Assembly: GCA_951406725.2 (NCBI GenBank)
Contig: OX597818.1
Location: forward strand, 17,732,001-17,796,000
Direction of reading: 5' to 3'
Source of the DNA: Octopus vulgaris
Taxonomy: Eukaryota
DNA length: 64,000 bases
Below the pieces are notes generated by a model, which saw only the letters and a program-made list of their open reading frames with translations, was not told the DNA's origin and searched no databases. Position numbers and translations under genes: made by a program. Of the stretch, positions 40,047 through 53,046 are shown in pieces; positions within the stretch are counted from its first letter, which is position 1, and each line of letters begins with the position of its first letter.

Positions 40047-42060
40047 ATAGGAGAAGGAAAGATCCAGAGACCGGAGTAAGCACATAAATGTGAAACAAGG
40101 TGGAAAAAAGAGCATATAATATATACGACAAGCTTCTTTCAGTTTCCGTCTGCCAACTCCACTCACAAGGCTTTGGTCAGCCCGAGGCTATAGAAGACAC
40201 TTGCCCAAGGAGCCATGCAGTGGGACTGGTTGGTAAGCAAGCTACTTACCACACAGCCACTACTGCGCTTGGTAAGTAGCTTGCTTACCAACCACATGGT
40301 TCCGGGTTCAGTCCCACTGCGTGCCACCCTAGGCAAGTGTCTTCTACTATATCCTCGGGTCGACCAAAGCCTTGTGAGTGGATTTGGTAGACAGAAACTG
40401 AAAGAAGCCTGTCGTATATATGTGTGTATATGTTTGTGTGTCTGTGTTTGTCCGCCAGCATCGCTTGACAACTGATGGTGGTGTGTTTACGTCCCTGTAA
40501 CTTACCGGTTCGGCAATAGAGACCGATAGAATAAGTACTAGGCTTCTAAAGAATAAGTCCTGGGGTCGATTTGCTCAACTAAAGGTGGTGCTCCAGTATG
40601 GCTGCAGTCCAATGACTGTAAAAGACAAGTAAAAGAGTATATGTATGTATAATTCAATATAAATTAACTAGCTGATAATAATAATGATAATGATTTTAAA
40701 TTTTGGCACAAGGCTAGCAATTTGGGGGGAAAGTGATAGGTCAATTAAATCATCCCAGTACTCAACTGGTACTTATTTTATCAACTCCAAAAGTATGAAA
40801 AGCAAAGTCAACACCAATGGCATTTGAACTCAGAACATATAGCAAAATAAATGGAGCATAGAACCAGGGCCTCAAGAGATATTCATTTTGCAAGATGGAA
40901 TAAGATTGGTTTTGGGTGGCCCATAGATAAAATTAGGGGGGGGGGCTGCTTCAGAAAATTTTTAGCCGTTGTTTTAATATTGTGTAAAAGTAAGTAAACA
41001 TATAAAAAGAAAATTTATACATAAACTTGATCAATTCGCGTTTTACCCATTGCCGGGTAGTTCACTGAACACCACCACAAATTTCCCCTTGTTTTTCAAA
41101 AATCCCCTCTAAACCACAAAATAAGGCAGGGAAATGTGCCCTGTTTCAAATCCTGGCAGCAAAACAGCAGGATAATAATCTGATTTTACACTTTATCACA
41201 CTGAAGAATATAAACGTATTTTTAAGCACAACACATACAGGGTTAAAAAGAAACACTAATTTTCACCAAAACACCCGAGTCAGCATTGTTGTTCATGCAG
41301 TGATCTCTCTCCCTAGTGCGAAGCTTCCTATCTCGGACATCTGAGCATGCGCACAACAGCCAAATACCACATCACTAGAACTGTGAAGCACACAAGGGTT
41401 TTGTATTTTTTTCATAAACTAGGGGATGGCTACTGACATTAAGCTTAAGGATTATATAATGTACAAGTATAAAGGAAGAATTAACGAAAAAAGGACACAT
41501 TATATTGAATGTTATCGATAATATCGAGTGGAAATAGGGAGTGCTGCAGTCCTGCAGTGCCTATACATGGGCCGCTACCGGTCTCTGGGTAGGGAGAGGG
41601 GAAATCCTCCCAAAATTAAGATGTTAGTACTTTTTTCTACACTTTTTAGGTTGTGCTTTTAACCTCTCTGGACACTGGACCTATGTACTAGCTGAAACCA
41701 CTCCCCTAATCACTGGTTTTGATCTTGGATTATTGCAATCTCATGCCCTGAAATGACTTCTTCATAAGTCACATAACTTCATATTTACTGTAAAAAAGGA
41801 TATGGGATGTTGTGATATTTATGGCTTTTCAGGAATATTAGTATCACAAGTAAAATGTAACCATATTTTAAAAAAACACTTCATTTAATTTTTCTTCAAT
41901 TTAATTGTTTTCCTTGCTTGAAAAAGTCAAAAAGACACTGGTACTAAAATGTTCATCATGATAAAATTATTTTAGAACTTTCTAACTTGTCTTATTTTCC
42001 TTGTATATATCAACTCATGTGTTACTTTTCAACCTTCTACATATATATATATATATAGAG

Positions 42061-42435
42061 AGAGGGCATTATATACATGCCAGAAGGCATTATACATACA
42101 TGCCAAACGCTAAGAGGGACAATTAGTCATTTCTACCAAAAATATTACTAATCCCATATAAACTATCTTAAGTTCCAAAGCTTTTTAGAATGTTTTATTG
42201 AATGCAGAGAATTTTGTGGTCCAAATTTTCTTTATTCAGCTGTAATATTCTTTAGTGACACATGTTCTGTCACACGTGCCATCATAAGATACAGGTCTAT
42301 ATATTTTTTAAATGTCTTACTTTGAAAAATTGCATTCGGTGGGATTAGTAATATTTTTGGTAGAAATGACTAATTGTCCCTCTTAGCGTTTGGCATGTAT
42401 GTATAATGCCTTCTGGCATGTATATAATGCCCTCT
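42061..42435. mobile_element. Fold-back element with perfect 96-bp terminal inverted repeats
   Basis: 42061-42156 is the exact reverse complement of 42340-42435; inserted in a TA tract. Confidence 0.85.
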
Positions 42436-42561
42436 ATATATAAATTAATATGTTCAATAAGAAATAATTATTTTCGAAATTTTTTCTCTTATGAGGTTCT
42501 TACGCTATCTACCTGACAATTTCTTGTTAAGTTTTCCTTATTAAGTAGTTGTCCTTAATTG

Positions 42562-42614
<53 letters not shown>

Positions 42615-42624
42615 TACACACACA

Positions 42625-42760
42625 CAGGGGTTGGACAAAATAATGGAAACAACTTAAAATTTCAAACAAATTTAATTCAATATGGGGTAGGACCACCTTT
42701 GAAAGTATTACATCTTGAATTCTATGAGGTATGGACTCATACAAAGTTTGAATTGTTTCC
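42625..42760. mobile_element. Tc1-like remnant
   Basis: Terminus caggggttggacaaaataatggaaac; LYESIPHRIQDVI on minus strand. Confidence 0.55.
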
Positions 42761-43431
42761 AAAATGGCTTCAAAAATACAGTAAATATTTCATAAAAGAC
42801 CCGTTGGTAACCTCAGTATGAAAGGAGCCGTTTACGCGTAATTTTGATTTCCCATTCGTTGAAAGCATGTGAAATAACATGGAAAAGAAAAAAAACACAA
42901 GAAATAAAACTCTGTTGCTGGGAAATTCAGACTTCCTCAGTGAGCCAATGGGTCACGTGTAGTCTAGTATTATGCATATTCCTGATTACTATTTTGTATA
43001 CTCATTTAGAATAAAATGCCTCATACAGTTATCTGAATTATTGAAGGCAAACGCACACTCTTTTCCCTCGTGTGTGTGTGCGTGTGTGCATGTATGTATG
43101 CATGCATGTATGTTTATATGTATGTATGTATCTATGCATGTAGGTTCACTTCTGTTTTTAATTATATGAATTTTTCCTCTGAGAACGGAGTTGGTTTCTA
43201 ACAAAGGATACAAAGTTCTATCATTGGAATCTAGATAACAAAAATAAAGTCACATTTGAAACTTGAGAAAAGTCTTGCATATTTTTACAGTCCCACTTAC
43301 AGATTGCTTATAACATGTGAATTAGCTAGACTGTCACTTGGTATTTACTTACAAAACCAGGAGCACCAATTATTATCAATACAAATGTGAATTTATAGTC
43401 TGGATATAGGAACTGGAGGTTTCAGAGCAGT

Positions 43432-43497
<66 letters not shown>

Positions 43498-43649
43498 GGT
43501 GTGTGTGTGTGTGTGTGTGTAGATAGGTAGGTAGGTAGGTAAATAGGTAGGTCTGTATATAGGAAGGTAGGTAGGTATGTCATTATTCAGTTTCATATCA
43601 AGAATTTGTGCCAAAAGAGAAACAGCTAGTTTGTAACCAAGTTCCAAAG

Positions 43650-44440
43650 CTTTTTAGAATGTTTTATTGAATGCAGAGAATTTTGTGGTCCAAATTTTCT
43701 TTATTCAGCTGTAATATTCTTTAGTGACACATGTTCTGTCACACGTGCCATCATAAGATACATTTTCATCCACACCTAGATACCTATAACATTCCTCATC
43801 AGATATAGGGGAAACAGTCAAGTCATTGATGGAGATGTTGCTAGTCTGCTTTACAGTTTTTCCCCTTTACACAACTACATAACAACATTTATCCTGATCT
43901 AACACCAACCCTATATCCTTTGAGAATGTTGCAACCAAGTCAAGGCTCTTTTTTCAGCTTGTACATATTCTTTGCACATAGATTCAAGTCATCTACAAAG
44001 AAGCAGCGCTTAATCTTGGTATTTCTCTTTCCATGTGAACCAGTGAGATATCCTTCAGACTTCAACAATAATGACAAGGGGTTTACAGAAAGTATAAACA
44101 ACATCACAGAGAGGCTGTCCCCTTGGAATATGCCTCTGTGATACTGGATTCTATCAGTGAGAATAAAGTCACTCCTTATGTTTAAATTCAAGATGATGGC
44201 CCATGATGAAGTCAGGTCAGCTCTGGCTTTGACTGTGCTCACTGGAACTTTAACAAGTTGTAGGGCTTCTAGCATCCATGAGTTGGGAACAGTCAAATGC
44301 TTTCTTGTAGTCTAGCCACATTGAAACTAGGTCCCTTCTATGCCCTCACACCTCTGATATCACAGTTCTGTTGATTAACAATTGCTTAGCACACACCCAG
44401 ACACTCCTCCTGCTAGTTCTGCTGTGATGGTGTTACTGCT
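43650..44440 (-). mobile_element. R4/Dong-type (RLE) LINE RT fragment
   Basis: RGIFQGDSLS.MLF, FVDDL, YLGVDE motifs. Confidence 0.75.
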
Positions 44441-45117
44441 TTCATGTATGTATGTGTGTGTGTGTAAGGGAGAGAGAGAGAGAGTGTGTGTGTGTGTGTG
44501 AATGTATGTATGTACTACAGTTGTGTACTGAAAAGTGTTATTATCACAAACCACAAAAATGGAACAAAGACTGCAAAGAAGGCAACCCGAAGGAACAGCA
44601 AATCGATGTAAGGTACTGAAAAGATTTAGTTTTCAAAAGATCTGAGTGTAGGAAGTATAGAAATGAACATTGTGAAACTTTTGAAGAGCATTGCCTTGAG
44701 CAGGAAACCCTAAGGCATTGACTTTGGAGGGACTGCCATCAGAACCTTAACGAGAACATAAAGTGAGGAAGGTGTGAAACGTGTGGCCATGTACTCCTTT
44801 CTAAGCTGGGTATGTCAACCATTTGAAGTCCCATGAAAGATCAACAACATGCAATGCGCTTCCTCCTAGACCAGGCAAATTTGGCAGGTGTATTGTGTGA
44901 AAGGACTTGCAAGTCAATTTCGTGAGTGAAGAGACATATGGTAATTCACAGAGATTATATTTCACAGTGATCAGATCAATCCAGTGGAAGTTACAACTTT
45001 TGTCTGTCCCCTATGCTTCAAACCATGTGGATCTGCAGCAGGCTTGAAGAGTCAAAATAGCTAGAATATATACTTCAGCTTCAAGCAGTTACTGACTCTC
45101 AAACAAAGTTCAACTAA

Positions 45118-45315
45118 CGCTGTACTATATTTAAGAGTTGAGAAATTATGTACATTATTTACATTATTTGCATTATTTACATTTGACGGATATTTGTCTT
45201 CATCTTGTTTGTTGTTAACACAACATTTCGGCTGATATACCCTCCAGCTTTCATCAGGTGTCTTGGGGGAAATTTCAAACCGGGGTTCTCATTCCTATGG
45301 TATTTTACGATGTTG

Positions 45316-45367
<52 letters not shown>

Positions 45368-45553
45368 CATTATTATTATTATTTAGGTCACTGCCTGGAA
45401 TTGAACTCGGAATCTTGGGGTTAGTAGCCCACACTCTTAACCACTATGCCATATGCCCATGACACCCGATGAAGCCTGGAGGGTTATCAGCCAAAACATG
45501 TTAACAACAAACAAGATGAGGAGAAATGTCCATCAAATGTAAATAATGTAAAT
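45118..45553 (-). mobile_element. Composite non-autonomous element: inverted pLTR-like arm + tRNA-like head + (AAT)n + hammerhead-bearing arm
   Basis: 13-bp direct repeats aaagttcaactaa (45105-45117, 45554-45566); A/B boxes at 45385-45458; hammerhead at 45217-45262. Confidence 0.7.
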
Positions 45554-46544
45554 AAAGTTCAACTAAGATTCACAATAGAATATTGCTTCCATATCTGAGA
45601 ATGCACTGCTGCTTAACACAGAAACCACCTAGGCTCCATCATGAGGAGAGGCACCTTCCAACAGGCAAGAAATCGTTCACCATCCTCTAGCACACAAATA
45701 TATTGTCTTTACAAACTTCCTTTTCTACCAATTCTATACCATGTCTGTTCATAATACATGCAATTCATTGATGTAAGGGGTCTTTGAGATACCACAGAGT
45801 TTTGGCCTTATTGAGTGTCTCAGGCAACAAATCTAACAAAAATATAGACTCTTGTTTATAGAAATCAGTATACAAATTATTTGTGATGCGCACTGATGCC
45901 TGCCAAACTGATTATAATTCATAAGGTGCATTGAAAACAGCAACAATCCAAACAATAACATATCTATTCATTCCCAACACGTGTTCTGGCACATTCGGAC
46001 GTGAATATCTAATTACTGTTGTCACAAAGTTCCTTTACATCAATGAATTGCATGTTATGAACACAGATCATCCAAGGGCAGATGTTCCCTGATGATATTT
46101 AAAAACGATAGCAATCAGATACTCACATTCAAATCTAGTAGGACATATTGAGAATGTATAGATATGTTAAAAACAACTATACACTTCTCTGCCAGTGTAT
46201 ATAAATATGCATTTCATGCAGCTTTCAGAGTTTTAACTCTTATTTCTTGCAATATAGGTACTCTCAGCACCCTCAGTCACAATTAGTGATGATTAAATTT
46301 TCTCATATGATTTTATATTGTGCCTAGCTGCTTTTATAAATTTTTAGTATATACATTGGCCAAATCAACCATAAATTCATATGACAAATATATATATTGA
46401 CAAAGTTATTTAGCTGTCTCATCAAAGAAATTGAGTGACAGTACTGATGACTTCTAAACTAAGAGGCAAAACTGGCTCAGAGTTTTTAGCATTGCTCATA
46501 GGGCAGTTATTTCCCCTGTCAGTATATATAAATATTTGTTTCAA

Positions 46545-47591
46545 ACATCATCATCATCGTTTAACATCCACTTTCCATGCTAGCATGGGTTGGACGATTT
46601 GACTGAGGACTGGCGAACCAGATGGCTGCACCTGGCTCCAATCTGATCTGGCAGAATTTCTGCAGCTGGATGCCCTTCCTAATGCCAACCACTCCGAGAG
46701 TGTAGTGGGTGCTTTTACATGCTACTGGCACTAGGGCCAGTCAGGCAGTACTGGCGACAGCCACATTCAAGTGGTGTTTTTTACGTGCCACCTGCACAGG
46801 AGCCAGTCCAGCGGCACTGGCAACGACCTCACTCAAATGTTTTTCATGTGCTACCGGCACAAGTGCCAGTAAGGCAATGCTGGTAACAATCACATTTGAA
46901 TGGTGCTTTTTACGTGCCACCGGCACGGAAGCCAGTCAGCTGCTCTGGCAGCGATCATGCTCGGATGGTGCTCTTGGCACTCCACTGAATTTGTGAATTT
47001 GATTTGATTTTGATTTCACTTGCCTCAACAGGTCTTCGCAAGCAGAGTTAAGTGTCCAGTGAAGGAAAGGTACGCATAAGTGGGCTGGTTACACCCCTGG
47101 CATAGGGGATATGATCTCACTTGGCTAACCAGCTCTTCTCACGCACTGCATATTTCCAAAGGTCTCGGTCACTAGCCATTGCCTCGGTGAGGCCTAATGT
47201 TTGAAGGTCGCGCTTCACCACCTCATCCCAGGTCTTCCTGGGTCTACCTCTTCAACAGGTTCCCAAAACCGCTAGGGTGTGGCACTTTTTCACACAGCTA
47301 TCCTCATCCATTCTTGCCACATGACTATACCAGTGCAATCATCTCCCTTGCACACCACATCTGATGCTTCTTAGGTTCAACTTTTCTCTCAAGGTACTTA
47401 CACTCTGCCGTGTATGCCCACTGACATTACACATCCATCGGAGAATTTTAGCTTCATTCCTTGTGAGCTTACACATGTCCTCAGCAGTCACGGCCCATGT
47501 TTCACTGCCATGTAGCATGGCTGTTCTTGCACATGCGTCATACAGTCTACCTTTTACTCTGAGCGAGAGGCCCTTTGTCACCAGCAGAGGT
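46545..47591 (-). mobile_element. 5'-truncated RTE LINE (RT C-terminus + 3' UTR)
   Basis: LPLLVTKGLSLRVKGRLYDAC..LHGSETW; matches the 29275-29345 region; (GAT)n tail. Confidence 0.85.
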
Positions 47592-47617
47592 AGCACCCTT
47601 GGTCACAATTAGTGATG

Positions 47618-47650
<33 letters not shown>

Positions 47651-48575
47651 CAGGCATTTTTCAGTTTTCATGTACCAAATCGACTTGGGTCAGCCTGGAG
47701 CTGCAATAGAAAGCACTTTCGTAAGGGGTCATGCATAATTCTTACCAAGCAGCCTGCCTGCATATATATCATCTTCCTCATCATTGTTTAACGTCTGTTG
47801 TCAATGCTGGCATGGGTTGGATGGTTTGACTGAGGTCTGGAGTGCCAGTTGCTGCATCAGGCTTGAATCTGATCTGACAATGTTTCTACAGCTGAATGCC
47901 ATTCCTAATGCCAGCCACACTGAGAGTGTAGTGGGTGCTTTTTACATGCCACTGCACAGGAGCCAGACAGGCGGGCCTAGCATCATTCACATTCGGATAG
48001 TGCTTTTTACGTGCCACTGGCATGGGAGCCAGTCAGGGGGCACTGTCATCAGCCACATTTGTTTCAGTCATTTGAATGCAGCCATGCTGGAGCACCACCT
48101 TTAGTCAAGCAAATCGACCCCAGGACTTATTCTTTGGAAGCCTAGTACTTATTCTATTGGTCTCTATTGCCGAACTGATAAGTTACAGGGACGTAAACAC
48201 ACCAGCATCGGGTGTCAAGTGATGTTGGTGGGACAAACACAGACACACAAACACACACATACATATACATATATACAACGGCCTTCTTTTCAGTTTCCGT
48301 CTACCAAATCCACTCACAAGGCTTTGCTCGGCCTGAGGCTATAGTAGAAGACACTTGCCCAAGGTACCACGCAGTGGGACTGAACCCAGAACCATGTGGT
48401 TGGTAAGCAAGCTACTTACCACAGCCACTCCTGCGCCTATATATATATATATATAATAGAAAGAGGTATGCTGGGAAGAATAGAAATATAGAGAGTCAAA
48501 CAAGCAGATTAAGTTGTTTGTATTAGCAGATAACAAAACATATATGTGAACATTTATAATTGAAAAATAAAATCT

Positions 48576-48581
48576 TTTATT
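48576..48581 (-). terminator. Candidate polyadenylation signal of copy 2
   Basis: AATAAA on minus strand ~675 nt after the stop, at the end of repeat-free 3' sequence. Confidence 0.35.
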
Positions 48582-49255
48582 AAGCCATGCTCATAACAGA
48601 GTAATTTTTTCATCATTTATAATATCCAATATAAACAATATCTCAATAAAAATTCCAGTTTAATATTTTACAATGAAATGAGTCAGTTGATTGTCAATTT
48701 ATCTCACATATGCCATTACTACCTAAAATATGTGAGTTCAAACTCACATAGATGAAATATGAATAAGAAATTATGAAAATCAGATCAATGACTGAGTTAT
48801 GTTCAAACATTGATGAGAAGAGTTTCATGGATTTTTATGAAACTTTCTTTCAAAATAGAGAAATGGGTCAATTTGGTACTGATGACCAGAGGCAAGAATC
48901 ACTGTAGTTCAATAAACATCGATTTGTCACACATCTACATAGATGATATTCAGATAATATTCAGACACATGCATGAATTCAGAAATCTGGGACACCTTCA
49001 GTCCCAAACTCACAGGACAATTGGTCTGGTACTGATCTAAAAATTGTATTGTAGAGGAAACAGATGATTCAGTTTATATGCAGTATGTGACCCAGAAAGG
49101 TATGAATTTAAAATTAGAACCTGGCAAAATTTGAAACCAGAATGTGAAAAAGGAAGTTACTGAATATTATAAGGCACTTATAAAATTATATAATTCAGAA
49201 TAAACTGCAAAATATTTTAGCAAAATATGTTAATGTTTTCAGAATTTAAACTGAG

Positions 49256-49439
49256 TTATCTGTCAAAGGCTTGAACAGCTGGAGTCCAAAAATTGTTAAG
49301 AGAATAGTCAGCTTCTTTAAGAATTCCTCTCTTAACCATACCCTCCAGGAAACGTAACCAGTTTTTCTGTTCTCTCCTCAAGCCAAATTCTCCAAGGGCT
49401 GTTAAGATTCTGGTGATTCTCAGGAAGTTATGAGGGCTT
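49256..49439 (-). CDS. OGFR: OGFr-like copy 2 last exon ((E)SPHNFLRITRILTALGEFG...VQAFDR*)
   Basis: tttctag acceptor; motif; TAA stop. Confidence 0.92.
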
Positions 49440-52400
49440 CTAGAAATAAACCAAAAATGAAAGTTTACTAATTTATGAAAATATAAAAAGTACACTTCAG
49501 TTTCAAATACAAGACGAATAGGATGTCATCATCATCCTTGTTGTTTTCATTGTCATCATCATTTTAACATGCATTTTTCCATGCATGTAAATGGGTCAGA
49601 CAATATTTATTGAGGGCAGATATTCTATGGCTGGATGTCCTTCTTGTCACCAACACTCACTTTTTTCCAAGTAAGGTAATATTTCCCCCATGACTAAAGA
49701 ATATTGGAAATGAATAACATTCAATTACAACAATCATGCAATATCAAAGACAAAGAGACACAAATACTTTCTCTCCCTCTCTTTCTCTCTTTATATATAT
49801 ATATATATATATATATCCCTCACTTCCTTCTGAGAAGTATTGGTTACCCTAAAAAAAGAACATACCTGTTGTACTTCATCCTCTGACAAAACATTTAATA
49901 AAAGAAAAAATTTGGGCAATGAAATGTTAAGCTCACAATCCCCTCATGGCATTAAATTAGAGTTTTTCAAACATAGAACTATAGACTAAGAAGAGGTGTA
50001 AAGAAATAAAATAGTAAACAGGAATGGCATTTACAGTTTATGACAAATGTTTCAGTAGAATTTTATTTAATGTAGTCATAATAGTTTACATCATAATATA
50101 CAATCCACCATCATCAGATAAGATTTTAAACAGTCGACCTCAATGAACATAGCCAACACTTGTTGGACTAGTGTTAGTTTCAAGTTCTACATTCCAACTT
50201 ATAGAGGGATTAAGTGTGGTTTAAAACAAACAATTAACAAACAAAAATAGATCATAGAAATATAAAATGGGAAAATCTATATTAATTTATCAATTTAATT
50301 TATGGTTCAACCTTTGACACCAAAATAATCTGAGGTTTCTACAGAGAGAATGGTGCTAGGGATTGTAATTAAAAAGTCATCAAATACTTAGCAGATTTAC
50401 CATCAGTTAAGGAGACAAGCAAAAGGATTTCATCGATGGCCAACATCAAACAGTCGTTGACTTAGACCCAAAGATGAAAATATTACTCATCAAAAATGAC
50501 ATGTTTGCCAAATGACAACATTTATTATTACCACTGCCAAGTCACTGATGAGAAGGTCATAGGATTCTCTTGTACTACATTCCTGGCAATAATATCAGTT
50601 AATTTCACTCACCACAGAGCTTACAACAACTGAGATAGAGAAAACTAGGGTAAAACAGGGACTTCTGCTATTTGTTTCCGTTTTTTTTTTTTTATTTTTA
50701 TGCCGGAATACAAAGGATAGAATGCAAGTGAGATCTGTAATATGGTTAAACAACACACAAATGACAACATATCAGGAGTAGAAATTATTGAGGGGCTTTT
50801 TTTGTTGTTCTTCTTGTTTGTTTTAAACTGGGTAGACACAAGGTTAATAGATTACACTGTGTAACACAATTTTTGTCCATGGGTAGCAACTGTTATTTCC
50901 TATTTGCTCATCCCTAGAAAGTATGAAAAAAGGATTAATATTTCCTTCAAATTTTGCTTTTGTTACATTTATTCAAACCCCAAAGAATCCCTCTCAACAC
51001 ATGGCTATGAGGCTCCTCAACTGCTCCTGCTCATGATCAGAGATGCACGTATTGTCAGCCACTAAGGAACATACTCAAGTGGTTATATCAAGCAACTGAC
51101 AAGCAAATCTGTATGACTGAACAAAATATTTGTTATAATGATATTTCTGCTTTGGCAACTCAGCACTAAATCTATCTGAAATGTAATGGAAAATAGGTCA
51201 GTTTCAAAAAACATTAATATCCAGGTCACAAAAGCAAAGTTTGAAGGGAATAGTAGTCATTTCCTTTGATTTCTAATTAGAAGTAAATAGGAAATAACAC
51301 TTACTGTCCACAAACGAAAAAATTAAAATTTTATTATATAGTGTTATATTTCCTGATAGAATCTAACCTAATATATCACTAGTACTTATTCTATTGGTTA
51401 CCAAGGAGATAAGAGGTAAAGCCAGTCACAATAAGATTTGAATTTGGAACCTAGAGAAATGAAATGAAATATTGATATCTTATGATAACAAAATACCCCT
51501 GGCACTCTGTTGGTTATGGTGATGAGTGATTCAGCTAATCTGATGAATGGGACAACCTGCTCATGAAATTAACATGCATGTGGCTGAGCACTCCGCAGAC
51601 ATGGCTACCCTTAATGTAGTTCTCAGGAAGGTTCAGCATGGTACAGGATGTGACAATGCTGGCCCTTTGAAATGCAGGTACTACTCTTTTTTGAGTGAAC
51701 TGAAGCAACATGAAATAAAGTATCTTGCTCAAGAACACAACACACCACCAGGAATCAAACTCATGACCTTACAATTGAGAGCTGAATACCCCTAACCCAT
51801 AAGCCACCAGACATTTGTAGAAGTGGTGTATTATAAGTTAATTGAATTTAACTCAGTACATGATTGTAATTTAATCAAGCAGAGAGGATTCAAGAGTAAA
51901 TCAGCCACAATGGGATTACAACAAAGGTCCTAGAATACATGTTGCTCTTTCCGTGGAATAAGCTGCCGGACCAGATAGTGAAGATGCCGAAGACCACTCG
52001 ATTCAAAGTCTCTCATGACCAGAAATGGCCTGAACTCTTTGCATGAACACCCTCCCTAAACATAACTCCATGTCCCCCTACATGGCCTTGCTTTTTGTTT
52101 TTTGAGCCAAAAAATTAACTTAACTTAACTTAAATATAGCAAAAAAGAAATTAAATGAAGAAAATTAATAACACAAATCAGAAACAGGTACAGCTATGTG
52201 GTTAAGAAGCTCAGTTTGCAATCACATGGTTTCAGGTTCAGTTCCACTGTGCAGTACCTTTGGCAAGCATCTGCTCTATTCACCAAATCCTTGTGAGTAA
52301 ATCTCATTGATGGAAAACAGTGTGAAAGCTCATAATATGTGTGATTGTGTGTAGGGTGTTGTGTGTGTGTACGTGTGTGTACATGTGCATGTGTGTGTGT

Positions 52401-52986
52401 GTGTGAGTGTGTATTAGTCATTTTTTCATACTTTCTAGGGGTAAGCAAATAGGAAATAACAGCTGCAATCCAAGGACAGAAATTGTGATTTGTTCAAGTA
52501 AATCTCCTCAAGACGTTGCTCCAGTATGGCTGGAGTCCAATGACTGAAACAAGCAAACATTAAAAGATAACATATTTCCTGAATAACTTACTCTTTCAGA
52601 TTTTTGATTCTATCATTGCTAGAAAGTGATAAAGCAAACTGGCAGTCACCAGTCATAGACATGCCATAAAAATCCAGCATCAAATGAAAGCTCCTTTTCA
52701 CTCTATCTCTTAAGACTTCATTTCTAGATATCTCCTGAAATGTATTAAAAATATTAATACTGGTTAAAGATTTAACAGAGAAGAGTTTCAGTTTCAGTGG
52801 CAGTATTTCTTAACATTCTGACTAACAATGATGGTAATAATAACAATAATAATAATAATAATAATAATAATTATAATAATAATAATAATAATCACCACCA
52901 CCACCACCATCACCATCACCACCACCACCACCACCACCACCACCATCATCACCACCACCACCACCACCATCATCATCATCACCACC

Positions 52987-53046
<60 letters not shown>

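Noticed and set aside
45385-45458. Functional tRNA gene
   Set aside because: Acceptor and T stems do not pair properly; it is a tRNA-derived head in a repeat
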